Positions 31,617 to 43,027 of a stretch of DNA of 64,000 nucleotides are shown in pieces. Under the pieces are notes generated by a model that was not told the origin of the DNA, ran no database searches, and saw nothing but the letters and a program-made list of their open reading frames with translations. The DNA lies in contig JBFWJC010000007.1 in assembly GCA_050253415.1 (NCBI GenBank), forward strand, positions 1 through 64,000. Direction: 5' to 3'. Source of the stretch: Pedobacter sp. GTDB lineage: Bacteria > Desulfobacterota > Desulfuromonadia > Desulfuromonadales > Syntrophotaleaceae. The first letter of the stretch is position 1. Every line of letters starts with the position of its first letter. The translations under genes and the position numbers were made by a program.

Positions 31617-32954
31617 CTAAAGTGAAAAAATGAAGTTGATATAGACATTATTCTTATCGTATTCAGATGTCTTGATATTGGAGTCGCGTTTAACAAAGGA
31701 ATAACCGCCGGACAAGGCCAACCAGTTGGTCAAAGTGTATTTTACATCGAATCCAACCGTCCCGCGGTTATCTTCACGATCAAATCCACCTTCATATTTT
31801 GTATTTTCATAAGTTGCGATTACAGATCCTAAAAGCTTGGTTGTAAAACGCTGGTAATAACGAAATAGCATTCTGTGGGAAATCGTATAATCGGCACCAG
31901 AACTGTCGGTTTCACCGGTCGTGCGCGAGGCACGCAGTTCCATATAGGTTTTGGGCGTAAACCGGTGCAAGAACTGAAGCTCTGCCAGTATATTAGTGAC
32001 ATTGTCCAGTCCGGATTGATCATAATCCTTTTCGCCCACACCGGCCATCAACCGCCAGCGTGACTTGCGGGTTTGTTCCCACTGCAGGCCCAGATAAACA
32101 CGGTTTTCGTCACTATCGGATTGTTCTGCTTTATCGTAATCGATTGTGATGAAATTATATTCGAAAAGCGCAGAGGTTTTAGGCAGGAACCGATAGAACC
32201 CTCGCCACATAAAACTGTGATCGTCGCGATCACGAAACTGATTTTTGGTTTGATCATAGCTCAGGCTGTAAAAGCCATACTCGGCTTCCATAGAGGTCTT
32301 TGAACTTATTTCATAACCGATTACCGCATTTATAAGATTGGATTTGAACTTATCCAGGGTGTCGCTGGATCCGGTGTTGTAAGCGTCGTGATTCAACTCA
32401 TAGATGTCCAACAATTCGATGGATAACCCGCCACGGAAATTGTAGCGGAGGTATCCTTCTGCTCTTTGATTAACGTGATCCTCCGATGTGAATCGGCTGT
32501 GTCGCAGAATATCCGCCTGATAACTGCCGTAGCCTTGAAGGCGAGATTTAGCCTTGGAGCGAAAACGACTCAGGGATAGGCCTCCCGGTGCGGTATTGAG
32601 GGTGCGAAGTTGACGAATCGGATATTTGCTGGCAGGTAGTGTCATCCAGATTCCCGGTGTGATTCGGGTAAAAAAATCGCTTTTGCGATTGTACTCATCA
32701 CTGAAAAGGTTATCTGTAAAATATTCGCCAATCGCCAGATAAGGATGAACATATCCGGTTTTTGATCCGAGGATTTCGCCAATCCTATTGGTCGTAGTGC
32801 CTTGTTCAAAAGGACTTTCGCTATAAGCCAGGGCTGGCATTTCAATAGCAGGACTTACCTCCATCTCACCGGTTTCAACAACCCCTTCCTCTGCTAAGGC
32901 CGGTTGACAAGTGAGAAACACCAACATAAAAAACCACACCATTCTGCATTTCAT
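31617..32954 (-). CDS. EPS-associated outer-membrane beta-barrel
   Basis: Signal peptide, amphipathic beta pattern, adjacent to the OPX gene. Confidence 0.75.
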   Translation of the reverse strand: MKCRMVWFFMLVFLTCQPALAEEGVVETGEMEVSPAIEMPALAYSESPFEQGTTTNRIGEILGSKTGYVHPYLAIGEYFTDNLFSDEYNRKSDFFTRITPGIWMTLPASKYPIRQLRTLNTAPGGLSLSRFRSKAKSRLQGYGSYQADILRHSRFTSEDHVNQRAEGYLRYNFRGGLSIELLDIYELNHDAYNTGSSDTLDKFKSNLINAVIGYEISSKTSMEAEYGFYSLSYDQTKNQFRDRDDHSFMWRGFYRFLPKTSALFEYNFITIDYDKAEQSDSDENRVYLGLQWEQTRKSRWRLMAGVGEKDYDQSGLDNVTNILAELQFLHRFTPKTYMELRASRTTGETDSSGADYTISHRMLFRYYQRFTTKLLGSVIATYENTKYEGGFDREDNRGTVGFDVKYTLTNWLALSGGYSFVKRDSNIKTSEYDKNNVYINFIFSL

Positions 32955-33057
32955 AGCACTCTCCCGGTTAAAAATTACTATTTGTTGCTGCAACGGCCAA
33001 CGTCCATGTGAGCAATCATTCCGCCAAATTGATTTTTCGTGATTTATTTGAAAAATA

Positions 33058-35001
33058 TTAACCGGTAAAATTTATACTCTTCCCGACTCCCTCTTCAGGC
33101 TTGGATTCCAAGTGTGTCGCTACCTGACTTGTATGAAATTCCGGCACCATATTTTTAAGAAGGTTGATAATTTCTGTCTGATCACCACGCCGTATCGCCT
33201 TGAACAGCAACTCTGTTTCCTCCTTCACCAATCCGTTGGGAGAACTGGTAGCTTCCACTACGCGAATTTTTTCATGCATCGTAGGTTTGATACCTTCTCC
33301 GTCGATCAGCAATTCCTCAAATAACTTTTCACCGGCTCGCAACCCCGTGAAAGTAATTTCGATATCTTCGTATGGCCGCCTCCCAGAAAGACGAATCATT
33401 TCTTCCGCCAGACGAATGATTTTTACCGGCTCACCCATATCGAGAAGAAAAATTTCCCCCCCGTATCCCATGCACCCAGCCTGAAGTACCAACTGAACTG
33501 CTTCTGGAATGGTCATGAAAAAGCGCGTTATTTCGGGATGGGTTACTGTAACCGGCCCACCTTTTAATATTTGCTCCCTAAAAATAGGAATGACACTACC
33601 ATGACTGCCTAACACATTACCGAACCGAACCGTTGTTGCCTTGGTGGAACCGTTGCGCGGCAGACTCTGAGCGTAGATCTCTGCCACCCGTTTAGTCGTG
33701 CCCATGATATTGGTCGGGTTGACTGCCTTGTCAGTGGAAATCAGTACAAAGTGCTCAGCGCCATTCTCGAAGCTTGCGTCGATGATATTGCGTGTTCCCA
33801 GAACATTATTTTTTACCACCTGAACCGGATTGATTTCCGACATGGGCACATGCTTGTAAGCCGCCGCATGAAAAACCACTTGTGGCTTGTATTTTTCAAA
33901 CACTTGGGAAACGCGCGTCTTGTCCCGTATGTCGCTGAGACTGGGAACGAGAATTATACTTGGAAATTTTTCCCGCAATTCATTTTCTAGGTGAAACAGC
34001 GGTGTTTCGGCATTTTCAAACATCACCAGATTTTCCGGACCAAACTGAGCCACCTGACGACAGATCTCGCTGCCGATACTTCCAGCGGCCCCGGTGACCA
34101 ACACACGTTTACCGTGCAGATACTTTTTGATTTCCTCGACATCTAAACGAATCGGTGATCTCCCCAAGAGATCCTCAAGTCTAACTTCCCGGCAGTGTTG
34201 CAGAGATACCTGGCCCGTGATGATGTCCCCCATTGCCGGTAGTATCTTGGATTCGATCTTGTTTTCCTTGCAAAAAGCTACAATGTTTCGCAATTCTTTT
34301 GGCTGGACTGATGACTCGGCAACAATAATCAGATCGATATCATTTTTACCGCAGATTTTTGACATATCTTCCAAGGTACCAAGCACCGGTATACCGTTGA
34401 AGACTTTCCCCTTGCGTTCCTGGTCTCTATCAATGAACCCCAATACTGCTTTCAGCATCTTGGGATTCTCGCGCATCTCTTTAACAATGCTCTGGGCAAC
34501 AATGCCGGACCCAACAACCAATACGCTTTTTTTCTTCTTTCGATAATTCTTGGAAAGCTGCCTTCTTTGCTCCCGGAGTATGCGAACCGAAACCCGCACG
34601 CCGATCATGGTCATGAAACATATAAGGAAATCGAGAACAATAACCGATCGCGGCAAGTTATCCATTTCTCGAACGAATACGGCATACAGAACGACACCAA
34701 AAGAAGCCACCACATTGGCTTTTAAAATCTGCAACAAATCCGGAATTGAAACGTAGCGCCACCAGCCATCGGCCATCCCCATTGTTCGAAAAACCAAAAG
34801 CTTCAATAGCAATACGACAGGAAGCATTTCCAAAATCGATGGCCATAATTTAGATGGGACCTGCAGATCGTAACGCAGCGAGAAGGCAAAAATCAGTGAA
34901 GAAGTGGTGACTAAAAGATGAAATAATAGGATAAAGGTCCTGCGAACCCTGTTATCTAGAACCAGACTCCAAGGATTTGGGGCTGTTTTTTCCTTTGACA
35001 T
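33058..35001 (-). CDS. Membrane-bound UDP-GlcNAc 4,6-dehydratase (CapD/PglF family)
   Basis: TGAAGSIGSE, HAAAYKHVP, STDKAV, RFGNVLGS. Confidence 0.93.
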   Translation of the reverse strand: MSKEKTAPNPWSLVLDNRVRRTFILLFHLLVTTSSLIFAFSLRYDLQVPSKLWPSILEMLPVVLLLKLLVFRTMGMADGWWRYVSIPDLLQILKANVVASFGVVLYAVFVREMDNLPRSVIVLDFLICFMTMIGVRVSVRILREQRRQLSKNYRKKKKSVLVVGSGIVAQSIVKEMRENPKMLKAVLGFIDRDQERKGKVFNGIPVLGTLEDMSKICGKNDIDLIIVAESSVQPKELRNIVAFCKENKIESKILPAMGDIITGQVSLQHCREVRLEDLLGRSPIRLDVEEIKKYLHGKRVLVTGAAGSIGSEICRQVAQFGPENLVMFENAETPLFHLENELREKFPSIILVPSLSDIRDKTRVSQVFEKYKPQVVFHAAAYKHVPMSEINPVQVVKNNVLGTRNIIDASFENGAEHFVLISTDKAVNPTNIMGTTKRVAEIYAQSLPRNGSTKATTVRFGNVLGSHGSVIPIFREQILKGGPVTVTHPEITRFFMTIPEAVQLVLQAGCMGYGGEIFLLDMGEPVKIIRLAEEMIRLSGRRPYEDIEITFTGLRAGEKLFEELLIDGEGIKPTMHEKIRVVEATSSPNGLVKEETELLFKAIRRGDQTEIINLLKNMVPEFHTSQVATHLESKPEEGVGKSINFTG

Positions 35002-35082
35002 GTAAAACCTCCCTTTCCATCCGATACTAGAGCTTGGATATCCCCCAAACAGGGCTGCTCCGATGTCACTTAATATGTTTAA

Positions 35083-35110
35083 TTGATAACATGACTGATC
35101 GGGTTGTCAA
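35083..35110 (-). promoter_or_regulatory. Candidate sigma70 promoter for the capD-export block
   Basis: TTGACA-N16-TATCAA with extended TG. Confidence 0.4.
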
Positions 35111-35534
35111 CATAAGCCGCAGAATGCTTTTTACCGTTGTGGTGGCTTGACTCGATGAAACCTATTCCCAAGTTGGCAAATCAAAGAAGGAGTAAAGAGT
35201 AAAAATGCTAGATAAAAGGTTTTCTGCTCGGAGTTTTCATATGATTTAAACGAGTGGATCATGTGGGAAATAATATCGAGTAAGTGCCAAAAAAACATGA
35301 TAAACAAGGCACATAAATTAAAGCCTTTACGGGTATTAAGTTGAATCGAGGCTAACCTTAAGAGAGTCTTATTCAAAATACAGGAGCAGCAGGGATAATA
35401 AAGTGGAGTCAATCAGACATTGCAATCAATCGCCAATCAATGCTTTTATAAAAAGATCTAAAAGGTAAGAACCACTTTCAAAACTTGAAAGAAAACTTTA
35501 GATGCTCAATAAATCTGACACTAGCGCCGATGTT

Positions 35535-36749
35535 TTACCGGCATGCCATAAAAAGAACTTTTCTGATGCGGTCCGCCATAATGTAAATATCATCACTTTT
35601 AAGGGTGGGATGAACGTGAAACATTACACTTGTATCATTTAGATGGCGCGCATTTGGTAATCGTTCAAGCGGTCCCAGCCCTGCATCCTTAAAAGCCTTT
35701 TCAAGATAAATTTCACCACAGATTCCAGTCATCCCGGGCACTCCGAGCTTTTCGAATGATTGCAGGATACGCTGTCTATTCCAAGCAGGCTGCAAATAAT
35801 CAGGGCATAAAAATCCGTAATATTTGTAGTAGGCATGCTCCATATGGGGGGGGGGTTGGGGCAGCCGCAAAACCGGAATACCATGCAATGCTTCCGTCAG
35901 AAGACGAGCATTTCGACGCCTTATACTTAACCATTCATCAAGTTTTATCAGAGCCATACAGCCTAAGGCGGCCTGCATCTCAGTCATGCGCCAATTTGTT
36001 CCGAAAGTATCGTATAACCAATGAAACCCAAGTTTTTTGTTTAGAGTGTGGGCAGCCGCATAATTTCTCCCATGGTCTTTATATGCCCAGGCCCTCTTCC
36101 ACAAAGCCTTATCATTGGTAATCAGCATACCACCTTCGCCGCCAGTGGGCATGATTTTATCCGTGCAGAAAGAAAAAGCTCCAACATCACCAATGCTTCC
36201 CACCGATTTACCACGATAAGTCGCACCATGCGCTTGGGCGCAGTCCTCGATAACCTTCAAGGAATGTTTTCGGGCCAATTCCATGATGGGGTCCATTTCA
36301 CAAGGACAACCGGCAAGATGAACAACTATAATCGCACGGGTACGTGGGGTAAGAACCTTGGCTACTGTGTCTGCGGTAATATTCTGACTATCCGTATCAA
36401 CATCGGCGAAGATGGGTATAGCACCACACATCACCACCGCACTTGCTGAAGCAATAAAGCTTCGGCAGGTAGTTATCACTTCGTCGCCTGGGCCGATACC
36501 AAGGGCATGCAGAGAAAGTTCCAGGGCAACCGTTCCATTCGCCAAGGCAACGGCATAGCGGGCACCAAATCGTTTGGCAAATTCAACCTCGAACCTGTTC
36601 ACATTCTCACCGGTCCAGTAATTAACCTTACCTGACTGCAAAACCCGGGTAACAGCCTTGATGTCATCCTCATCAAAGACTGGCCATGGCGGCATCAACC
36701 AATCATCAGCGTCTATATTTGCCACGTTATTCACATTACACTTCGTCAT
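35535..36749 (-). CDS. DegT/DnrJ/EryC1/StrS aminotransferase
   Basis: NGTVAL, IEDCAQAHG, SFCTDKIMPTGGEGG. Confidence 0.93.
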   Translation of the reverse strand: MTKCNVNNVANIDADDWLMPPWPVFDEDDIKAVTRVLQSGKVNYWTGENVNRFEVEFAKRFGARYAVALANGTVALELSLHALGIGPGDEVITTCRSFIASASAVVMCGAIPIFADVDTDSQNITADTVAKVLTPRTRAIIVVHLAGCPCEMDPIMELARKHSLKVIEDCAQAHGATYRGKSVGSIGDVGAFSFCTDKIMPTGGEGGMLITNDKALWKRAWAYKDHGRNYAAAHTLNKKLGFHWLYDTFGTNWRMTEMQAALGCMALIKLDEWLSIRRRNARLLTEALHGIPVLRLPQPPPHMEHAYYKYYGFLCPDYLQPAWNRQRILQSFEKLGVPGMTGICGEIYLEKAFKDAGLGPLERLPNARHLNDTSVMFHVHPTLKSDDIYIMADRIRKVLFMACR

Positions 36750-37425
36750 GATTTCCTCTGGGAATCATATGCTGCCTGGTTCCTCTATGTATTCCACCAG
36801 TTGAAGTCTCGCACCTTTCGATATCCAGGTCAGTTTCCACTAGGTCCGGATCGGCAGATACTCCTTGACGATTCAGGACAAACAAGACAGTCTTCAATAA
36901 AATTCTACCATCCAGAAGCAAGGACCAGTTTTCGACATACCAAACATCCATTGCCAATCGCCTGTCCCACGGCAAACAGTTCCGCCCGTGAATCTGGGCC
37001 CAGCCGGTAATACCTGGACGTACCGTATGTCTTAGCCGTTCACGCTGACTGTACCAAGGCAGATAATGACTATACAAAGGCCGAGGCCCCACTAGGCTCA
37101 TATCACCCTTAAGAACATTGAACAACTCGGGCAATTCATCCAAACTGGTATTGCGCAAAATGCGGCCTAAAGAAGTCAGACGCACCCCATCGGGCAACAG
37201 ATTACCGTCTTTGTCACGATCCATGCTCATGGTGCGAAATTTGTACAAAGTGAAGGGACGTTCATTCAACCCTGGTCGTACCTGTCGGAAAAAAACAGGT
37301 TTGCCTATTTTCCAACGCACCAAAAGCGACACCCCCAACAACAGGGGCAACAACAGCATTAATATGGTCCCCGCAAATAGAAGATCCAGACAACGTTTCA
37401 AAAGCATATTGCACTTAAGCTCCAT
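36736..37425 (-). CDS. Initiating phosphoglycosyl transferase (PglC-like)
   Basis: KFRTM, SLDELPEL, MSLVGPRP, RPGITGWAQ. Confidence 0.93.
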   Translation of the reverse strand: MELKCNMLLKRCLDLLFAGTILMLLLPLLLGVSLLVRWKIGKPVFFRQVRPGLNERPFTLYKFRTMSMDRDKDGNLLPDGVRLTSLGRILRNTSLDELPELFNVLKGDMSLVGPRPLYSHYLPWYSQRERLRHTVRPGITGWAQIHGRNCLPWDRRLAMDVWYVENWSLLLDGRILLKTVLFVLNRQGVSADPDLVETDLDIERCETSTGGIHRGTRQHMIPRGNHDEV

Positions 37426-37724
37426 CCGTGGCTTTCCTATTCTTGGACGCTGCCCCGGCTAACAAAGCGATGGGACTTAATCACTCTAATTCCGTAAGGA
37501 CATGATCGTCGCCCGGCGCTCCTTCTCTCCGAAATATCCCTTTATTGGGATAAGATCTTACGATGTCTTTTACATTTTACCAGATCAAGATAAACCTTTG
37601 TCTTATGCGCCATACGTGCGATGAATTTTAAGGCTTCAATATGACGACAAAAAGATTCTTACCATCAAAAAATAGTGAAATGATATCAAATCCATATCTC
37701 ATACTTAACCTCCAGAAATGCATC

Positions 37725-38855
37725 TTATTCAATTGTTTTTTCGTACATTCTGTAGAGTGGGAAAAAATTTGGTTTATTCCCATATAGGCCGGTCTGCTTT
37801 TTCCAGGTTGTGCATAATAAGGAATACAGGTTTTGATTCAAAACCAGACGAAAGGTATGGAATGGGGTTAAACGGGAGGAAAAACCTGCCTTAAACGCGA
37901 ATAAAGAATCGTTACGACCACCAACCCCCCCCCCAAGATGAAAATACCGTGCCCCTTGTACCCGCCCCCAAATACGCATAAAATCGAACATCATTTTGGA
38001 AGGAGCAAAGTCAAGGTAGTCGTCCCGACTGCCGCCAAGATGATACTCCAGAATACCGTCTACCACAGTGAACAATCCGGCAGCCGCAAGCTCGCCATTA
38101 GGGGAAAGAACACTGCACAGATGGAGGTCAGATTTGAGAACTTTACGCAAATCCTCAAAATAGCGTCCTTTGAAAAAATAAAACTCGTCGGCATCCACCC
38201 TCGCCATGGTTTGACGGTAGATGCGAACAAAATCGGGATAATACTCCCAGGCATCCAACACAGCATGAAATCCAGCCTTAAACAGTTTACGAATACCCCT
38301 GCGGTGATTATTACTTATCTCTCTGTATAATTCTTCCGGGGACCGTCGCAGATCGATACTCACTGTATTTCCATGTTCGACAAGATTTCCCATACTGGAC
38401 AGTGTCTGGAAAAGACCATCGAGCAGAGGATGCAAACGTAAAAACAAAGTAATAAACCCCTGATCGCGAACAACCTGGATGAATACCTCCATAAGCCTGC
38501 GGCACGCATCCGAACAATCCGGTCGAGAAAACAGTGGTGATGCATAGCCATAAGGACTTACAGCATCCCATAATTCGCCCTCGTGACACAAACCTTGCGG
38601 CACCCTGCGCAACAATAGAGGTACAAGCATGGCGTCTTCACCGTCACACTCATAAAATGCGACGGGCGTCCCTCCTTCGCAACGAGCTGCAAGAGCGACA
38701 TAACCAGGCAAGTGATACACATCATGGCGAACTCCACGAAGAAAATCGGACCATCGATTATCCCCGGGATACAGAAACACCCCCATTATAAAACCTTTCC
38801 CTGGTGCTACGGTTTGATCGTTTTCAGGAACCTGTAAAGCTATGAATACCCGCAC
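37725..38855 (-). CDS. FemAB-like/GNAT acyltransferase
   Basis: SPYGY, FLRLHP, YHLGG, HLGGGVG...SLFAFKAGF. Confidence 0.8.
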   Translation of the reverse strand: MRVFIALQVPENDQTVAPGKGFIMGVFLYPGDNRWSDFLRGVRHDVYHLPGYVALAARCEGGTPVAFYECDGEDAMLVPLLLRRVPQGLCHEGELWDAVSPYGYASPLFSRPDCSDACRRLMEVFIQVVRDQGFITLFLRLHPLLDGLFQTLSSMGNLVEHGNTVSIDLRRSPEELYREISNNHRRGIRKLFKAGFHAVLDAWEYYPDFVRIYRQTMARVDADEFYFFKGRYFEDLRKVLKSDLHLCSVLSPNGELAAAGLFTVVDGILEYHLGGSRDDYLDFAPSKMMFDFMRIWGRVQGARYFHLGGGVGGRNDSLFAFKAGFSSRLTPFHTFRLVLNQNLYSLLCTTWKKQTGLYGNKPNFFPLYRMYEKTIE

Positions 38856-38902
38856 AAATAAAGGCAGGACATCGCGACACCGGACAGGTCATTAATGAGT
38901 AA

Positions 38903-40018
38903 TCAAAGTCCCAAGTTTTCGAAAATCATGTTATTAACTTTGCACACATCGTATATTTGAACAGCCCTTTCTCTACCAGCGGCGCCCATTTCCTCCCGTT
39001 CCCGTCTGCTATCGATCAAACGTTTCATCGCAGCCACCAATGACTCCACATTACGCGGTGTCACCAGCAAACCGCTCCTGCCATCGACTACAGCCTCCCT
39101 GCAACCGGCGGTATTCGTGGTAATCACGGCTCGCCCCATAGCCATGGCTTCAAGCACCGTGCGCGGGATACCCTCGCCACCATGAGTGGGTAGCACATAC
39201 ACCGAACAATCAGCTATCGCATGGCGAACATCTTTCAGTTTGCCAAGGTATTCCACGATACCCGCCCTATTGGCTTCGGCAAGATCGTCCTCCGAAATGT
39301 ACGAAGTCCCCTTCCCAGTAAAACCAGCCAGGCGAAAGTGGACCATGGGATAATCAGGCCTCAACAATTTTGCCGCTTCCAAATATTCGAAAACTCCTTT
39401 TTCCCTCACCAGACGTGCAATCATTAAAAAGGCGATCTGACCAGGGTAAGTCGCTGGAGAGAAATGCTTCACATTAACTCCAGAGCCAGGAATCACAACG
39501 GAATGAACATTCGATGGCAAAAGATTAAATTTGGTAAAAACTTTTAGGTCATCGTGATTCTGAAAAAAAACAACGTTGTTATGACGAATGGAGATTTTGT
39601 ACAGATAAACAGCTAGTGTGCCCAAGGCTCTGGCCAAAAGCGTATTGCCGGAAAAGGTGTAACCAAGGCCGGTTATCATGGAAGAAATATAAGGTATTCC
39701 CGCAAGTCTGGCGGCAATAGATACGAAAATAACCGGCTTGATCGTGTAACTCAAAACAAGATCCGGTTGAATAGATAGAAACAAGCGAAAAAGCCGCCAA
39801 AGATAGATTAAATCCCTTAAGGGATTCAAGCCCCTTCGTTGCAGAGGAATATCGAAATAGACAACCCCCATGCCTTTAAGGAGGGCTGCTATATCTTTGG
39901 AGGCAGACGGGGCAACCGCACCGACTTTATGCCCCCTGCGTATCAAACCCTCGATCAAATCTCCTCGAAAGTTGATTAGGGAAAAGGCAGAACTGCCAAT
40001 AAGAACCACATGCGCCAT
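38903..40018 (-). CDS. GT4 glycosyltransferase (PglA-like)
   Basis: YTIKP, FFQNHDD, GSGVN, EGIPRTVLEA. Confidence 0.92.
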   Translation of the reverse strand: MAHVVLIGSSAFSLINFRGDLIEGLIRRGHKVGAVAPSASKDIAALLKGMGVVYFDIPLQRRGLNPLRDLIYLWRLFRLFLSIQPDLVLSYTIKPVIFVSIAARLAGIPYISSMITGLGYTFSGNTLLARALGTLAVYLYKISIRHNNVVFFQNHDDLKVFTKFNLLPSNVHSVVIPGSGVNVKHFSPATYPGQIAFLMIARLVREKGVFEYLEAAKLLRPDYPMVHFRLAGFTGKGTSYISEDDLAEANRAGIVEYLGKLKDVRHAIADCSVYVLPTHGGEGIPRTVLEAMAMGRAVITTNTAGCREAVVDGRSGLLVTPRNVESLVAAMKRLIDSRREREEMGAAGRERAVQIYDVCKVNNMIFENLGL

Positions 40019-40105
40019 AAAAGCCCCTCTCCATTATCCTGGATTAAACTTTACAACCAAAAGGTTCCCATTTTGCGTATAATAATCCAAGCTTCCCTCG
40101 GCGAA

Positions 40106-41215
40106 TCACCCTCCCCTTAATAGTTTCAAATAGGACCGGACCGCCTGCTCCTTTTGAAAACGGCCGAGATCAAGATCACTGGGATAACGCGCCTTTCCTT
40201 CAAGTACTCCAAGAATAACTTCGGTCAAGGCAGACAAGTCTCCCACGGGCACCAGTGGGCCGAGTTCCCCACCTTTGAGAACTTCAAAAGGGCCATTCGG
40301 GCAGTCCGTGGAAACCACCGGCATCCCAACAGCCATGGCTTCGATGAGCACCATGGACAACCCCTCCCATCGCGACGACAGGACAAACATGGCTGCATGT
40401 CGCATGTAAGCATAGGGATTAGATACAAAGCCTGGCAGAGCAATGCTGTCCTGAAGATCAAGGTCCACAATAAGCTGCTCCAGAGCTGAACGCTCTTCCC
40501 CTTCCCCAAGGATAATTAAGCGAACAGGCAAGGATTCACGTACCCGTTTTACTGCTCGAATAAGCAAACCATAATCCTTTTGCTCAGTTAAACGCCCAAC
40601 CGACAGAAGGACTGGTGGCTCTCCACTTTTAAACCATGGGTGTTCCAGGGGCTCCGAAGCCCTGGTAAGCAATTCAGGAGTAATAGCCGGGTTATAAATT
40701 ACCTCTATACGCTCGCGTGGAAACCCTGTAACTTTTGCAGCATCATCTGCCACTCCTTGAGATACGGCAACCACGGCTGAAGCTCTTCGGTAGGCCCCTT
40801 TCAGAATACGTGGAACCAACATGCGACGCCAAACAGGCAAGTCTTTCATTTTAATGGACATGGTATTATGCAAAGTTGCCACTATACGGGTCGGTACTCG
40901 AGCCATCCTGCGAGCAACCAGGGCGGCCACATTGGTATGATCCATAGACGAGATCAACCCCATGGGACTCTTGTGGCCCAGGTAAGATTTGAGCCCCCCA
41001 ATGGCGTATCGTATCCGCGAGGCCTGAAGGTCAATCACCGATACGCCTGGAGGAACGTGCTGGAGATAAGGACCTTCCTTTTGCGCCAACACCAAATCAA
41101 CCTTTAACCCCTCTTCAAGAAAACCCTCGGCGAGATTGAGCATGGCACGTTCTGCGCCACCACCACGCAAAGAAGGCAGGAACACCGCGACGAGTTCGGC
41201 TTTGGCATTCATCAT
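40106..41215 (-). CDS. GT4 glycosyltransferase
   Basis: GGGAER, VGRL..QK, EGLSMVLIEA. Confidence 0.92.
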   Translation of the reverse strand: MMNAKAELVAVFLPSLRGGGAERAMLNLAEGFLEEGLKVDLVLAQKEGPYLQHVPPGVSVIDLQASRIRYAIGGLKSYLGHKSPMGLISSMDHTNVAALVARRMARVPTRIVATLHNTMSIKMKDLPVWRRMLVPRILKGAYRRASAVVAVSQGVADDAAKVTGFPRERIEVIYNPAITPELLTRASEPLEHPWFKSGEPPVLLSVGRLTEQKDYGLLIRAVKRVRESLPVRLIILGEGEERSALEQLIVDLDLQDSIALPGFVSNPYAYMRHAAMFVLSSRWEGLSMVLIEAMAVGMPVVSTDCPNGPFEVLKGGELGPLVPVGDLSALTEVILGVLEGKARYPSDLDLGRFQKEQAVRSYLKLLRGG

Positions 41216-41467
41216 ATGGCTTCCTTTCTATCTATGAATGGGGCTGAAGAGATCCCATCTCATGAGAAAATTGCTGCAACTTAATTACTTAAGTAATTAA
41301 CGGAAAACAAACAGCCCCTTTAGTATATGCCACCATAAATAAGGAGATATCTAAGAACAGAACATATCAACCCCAACTTCACGAGCCTCACATCCATTGT
41401 ATCATCGTACTATTCTTCTACAGATATTTGTCGGTTACCATTTGAACGTGGAATTTTTTTGACACCA

Positions 41468-42895
41468 TCAAAGATTCTCCCTTCCCTTACAGAGGAGCAT
41501 TAATTTTCCGCGGGTATTCGCTACATTTAAAACAACCACCATGATGGCATATACAACAGCGCTCATTATGATCTGCGCGGAAAACCCTAATAGCCCGGTG
41601 ACACCACGCAAAGGCCATAAAAAAAGGGCCATACAAAAAGAGGCAATCAATATTTTGAGCATTTCTAAAAGAGGCAACGGCAGGGGGAAATATTTCCTAC
41701 CTGCGATGGCACTAAGAATCATAGAGGAGACATATGCCAAAACCGTGGCATATGCGGCACCGACAATTCCAAAAACAGGAATAAACAGAATGTTCAAGAT
41801 GACGTTTAATAGTGCAGCAAACCCAATGACAAACACCTGTACAAGAGTATGTCGCCCCAGTTGAAAAGCGAGATCGAAATAATATGCTCTAATCCCTGAA
41901 ATCAAGGAAGCCACTGCAACCCATGGAATAAGAGGGATGGCCTGACTGCGAAAAGCCTCCCCTAAAAAAAGGCCTCCTATGTTAGGCGCAAGAATCACCG
42001 CACCTACAGAAGCTGGCAAAGCTACCGAGAACAGCAAAACAGCATTTTGTCTTAACTGCCCACGAGCGGCCTCGACACCATTCTGCTCAAATGCGCGCAC
42101 CGCTAATGGATAAGCAGCCAGATTCACGAACATCATTAAGGTAATAAGTGGATGACGAGTAATATCGTATCCTGCGGCATAAACACCCGTGGCCTTATCA
42201 TCAATGAGCCAGGCAATAAGAAAACGATCCGAACTGCCGACCACAAAGCTTAATGCGAAAGCGGCGGTAAGCGGTAGCCCATAACGTAGCAATTCTTTCA
42301 TCAGGAAATCGGTATTGCTTGGGAAAACCCCTCGCCACTCTTTCCTTGGAACCCACACGCCGGCTACAAGCAAACCAATCAGGATACCCAACAAGGGTCC
42401 GTAAACACCAAATCCCAAAAACAGGAAAAGAACACCGAAACAAAGCGCCAGAGAAGCCCTGGTACCTGATAGCAAGCCGTACCGAGCGGGATTGAGCTTG
42501 CTACGCACAAGCTCCAGATTTAATTCGAACCACGCCTGGGCCCAAAGCAAAGGTACCGCAACTCCTATCAAACCACGCCACGTGGGATCAGGCCACAGTA
42601 ATGCCAGTAAAAGCCCGATGCTTCCGGTTGTGATTACCAACAAACTGAATCCTGCGAGGATTGAAGACAGAAAACCTTTAGGGTTGCCTTGATGGGAGGG
42701 TAAAAAACGTAATAGAGAGAGGCGAAGCCATTGGAAAAAAATAACATTAAATAAACCGACACCGGCAATGACTAAAGCATACCTTCCATAGCTATCCGGC
42801 GACAATAAGCGCGTATAAACGGCAATGGCCACAAAATTCAAGGCCCCTGGGAGTCCCCTGCAAACGGCATAAGCCGCGGTATGACGAAGAAGCAT
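41468..42895 (-). CDS. wzx: Wzx-type flippase
   Basis: YTRLLSPDSYG, many TM segments, GIVGAAYAT. Confidence 0.88.
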   Translation of the reverse strand: MLLRHTAAYAVCRGLPGALNFVAIAVYTRLLSPDSYGRYALVIAGVGLFNVIFFQWLRLSLLRFLPSHQGNPKGFLSSILAGFSLLVITTGSIGLLLALLWPDPTWRGLIGVAVPLLWAQAWFELNLELVRSKLNPARYGLLSGTRASLALCFGVLFLFLGFGVYGPLLGILIGLLVAGVWVPRKEWRGVFPSNTDFLMKELLRYGLPLTAAFALSFVVGSSDRFLIAWLIDDKATGVYAAGYDITRHPLITLMMFVNLAAYPLAVRAFEQNGVEAARGQLRQNAVLLFSVALPASVGAVILAPNIGGLFLGEAFRSQAIPLIPWVAVASLISGIRAYYFDLAFQLGRHTLVQVFVIGFAALLNVILNILFIPVFGIVGAAYATVLAYVSSMILSAIAGRKYFPLPLPLLEMLKILIASFCMALFLWPLRGVTGLLGFSAQIIMSAVVYAIMVVVLNVANTRGKLMLLCKGRENL

Positions 42896-43027
42896 AAAGC
42901 CCCCGGCAAGGCAAGAGGATATCCCCCCGCATCATCAGACGAATAATAGAACCACCAGTGCGACTGCTTCGCTAAAGTTTTCAACATTCGGAGGCGGCCA
43001 TTTTAGCCTCTCGAAATAATCTGCATA

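Noticed and set aside
35131..35412. 93-aa ORF in an EPS intergenic gap
   Set aside because: Weak start, no motif, AT-rich spacer.
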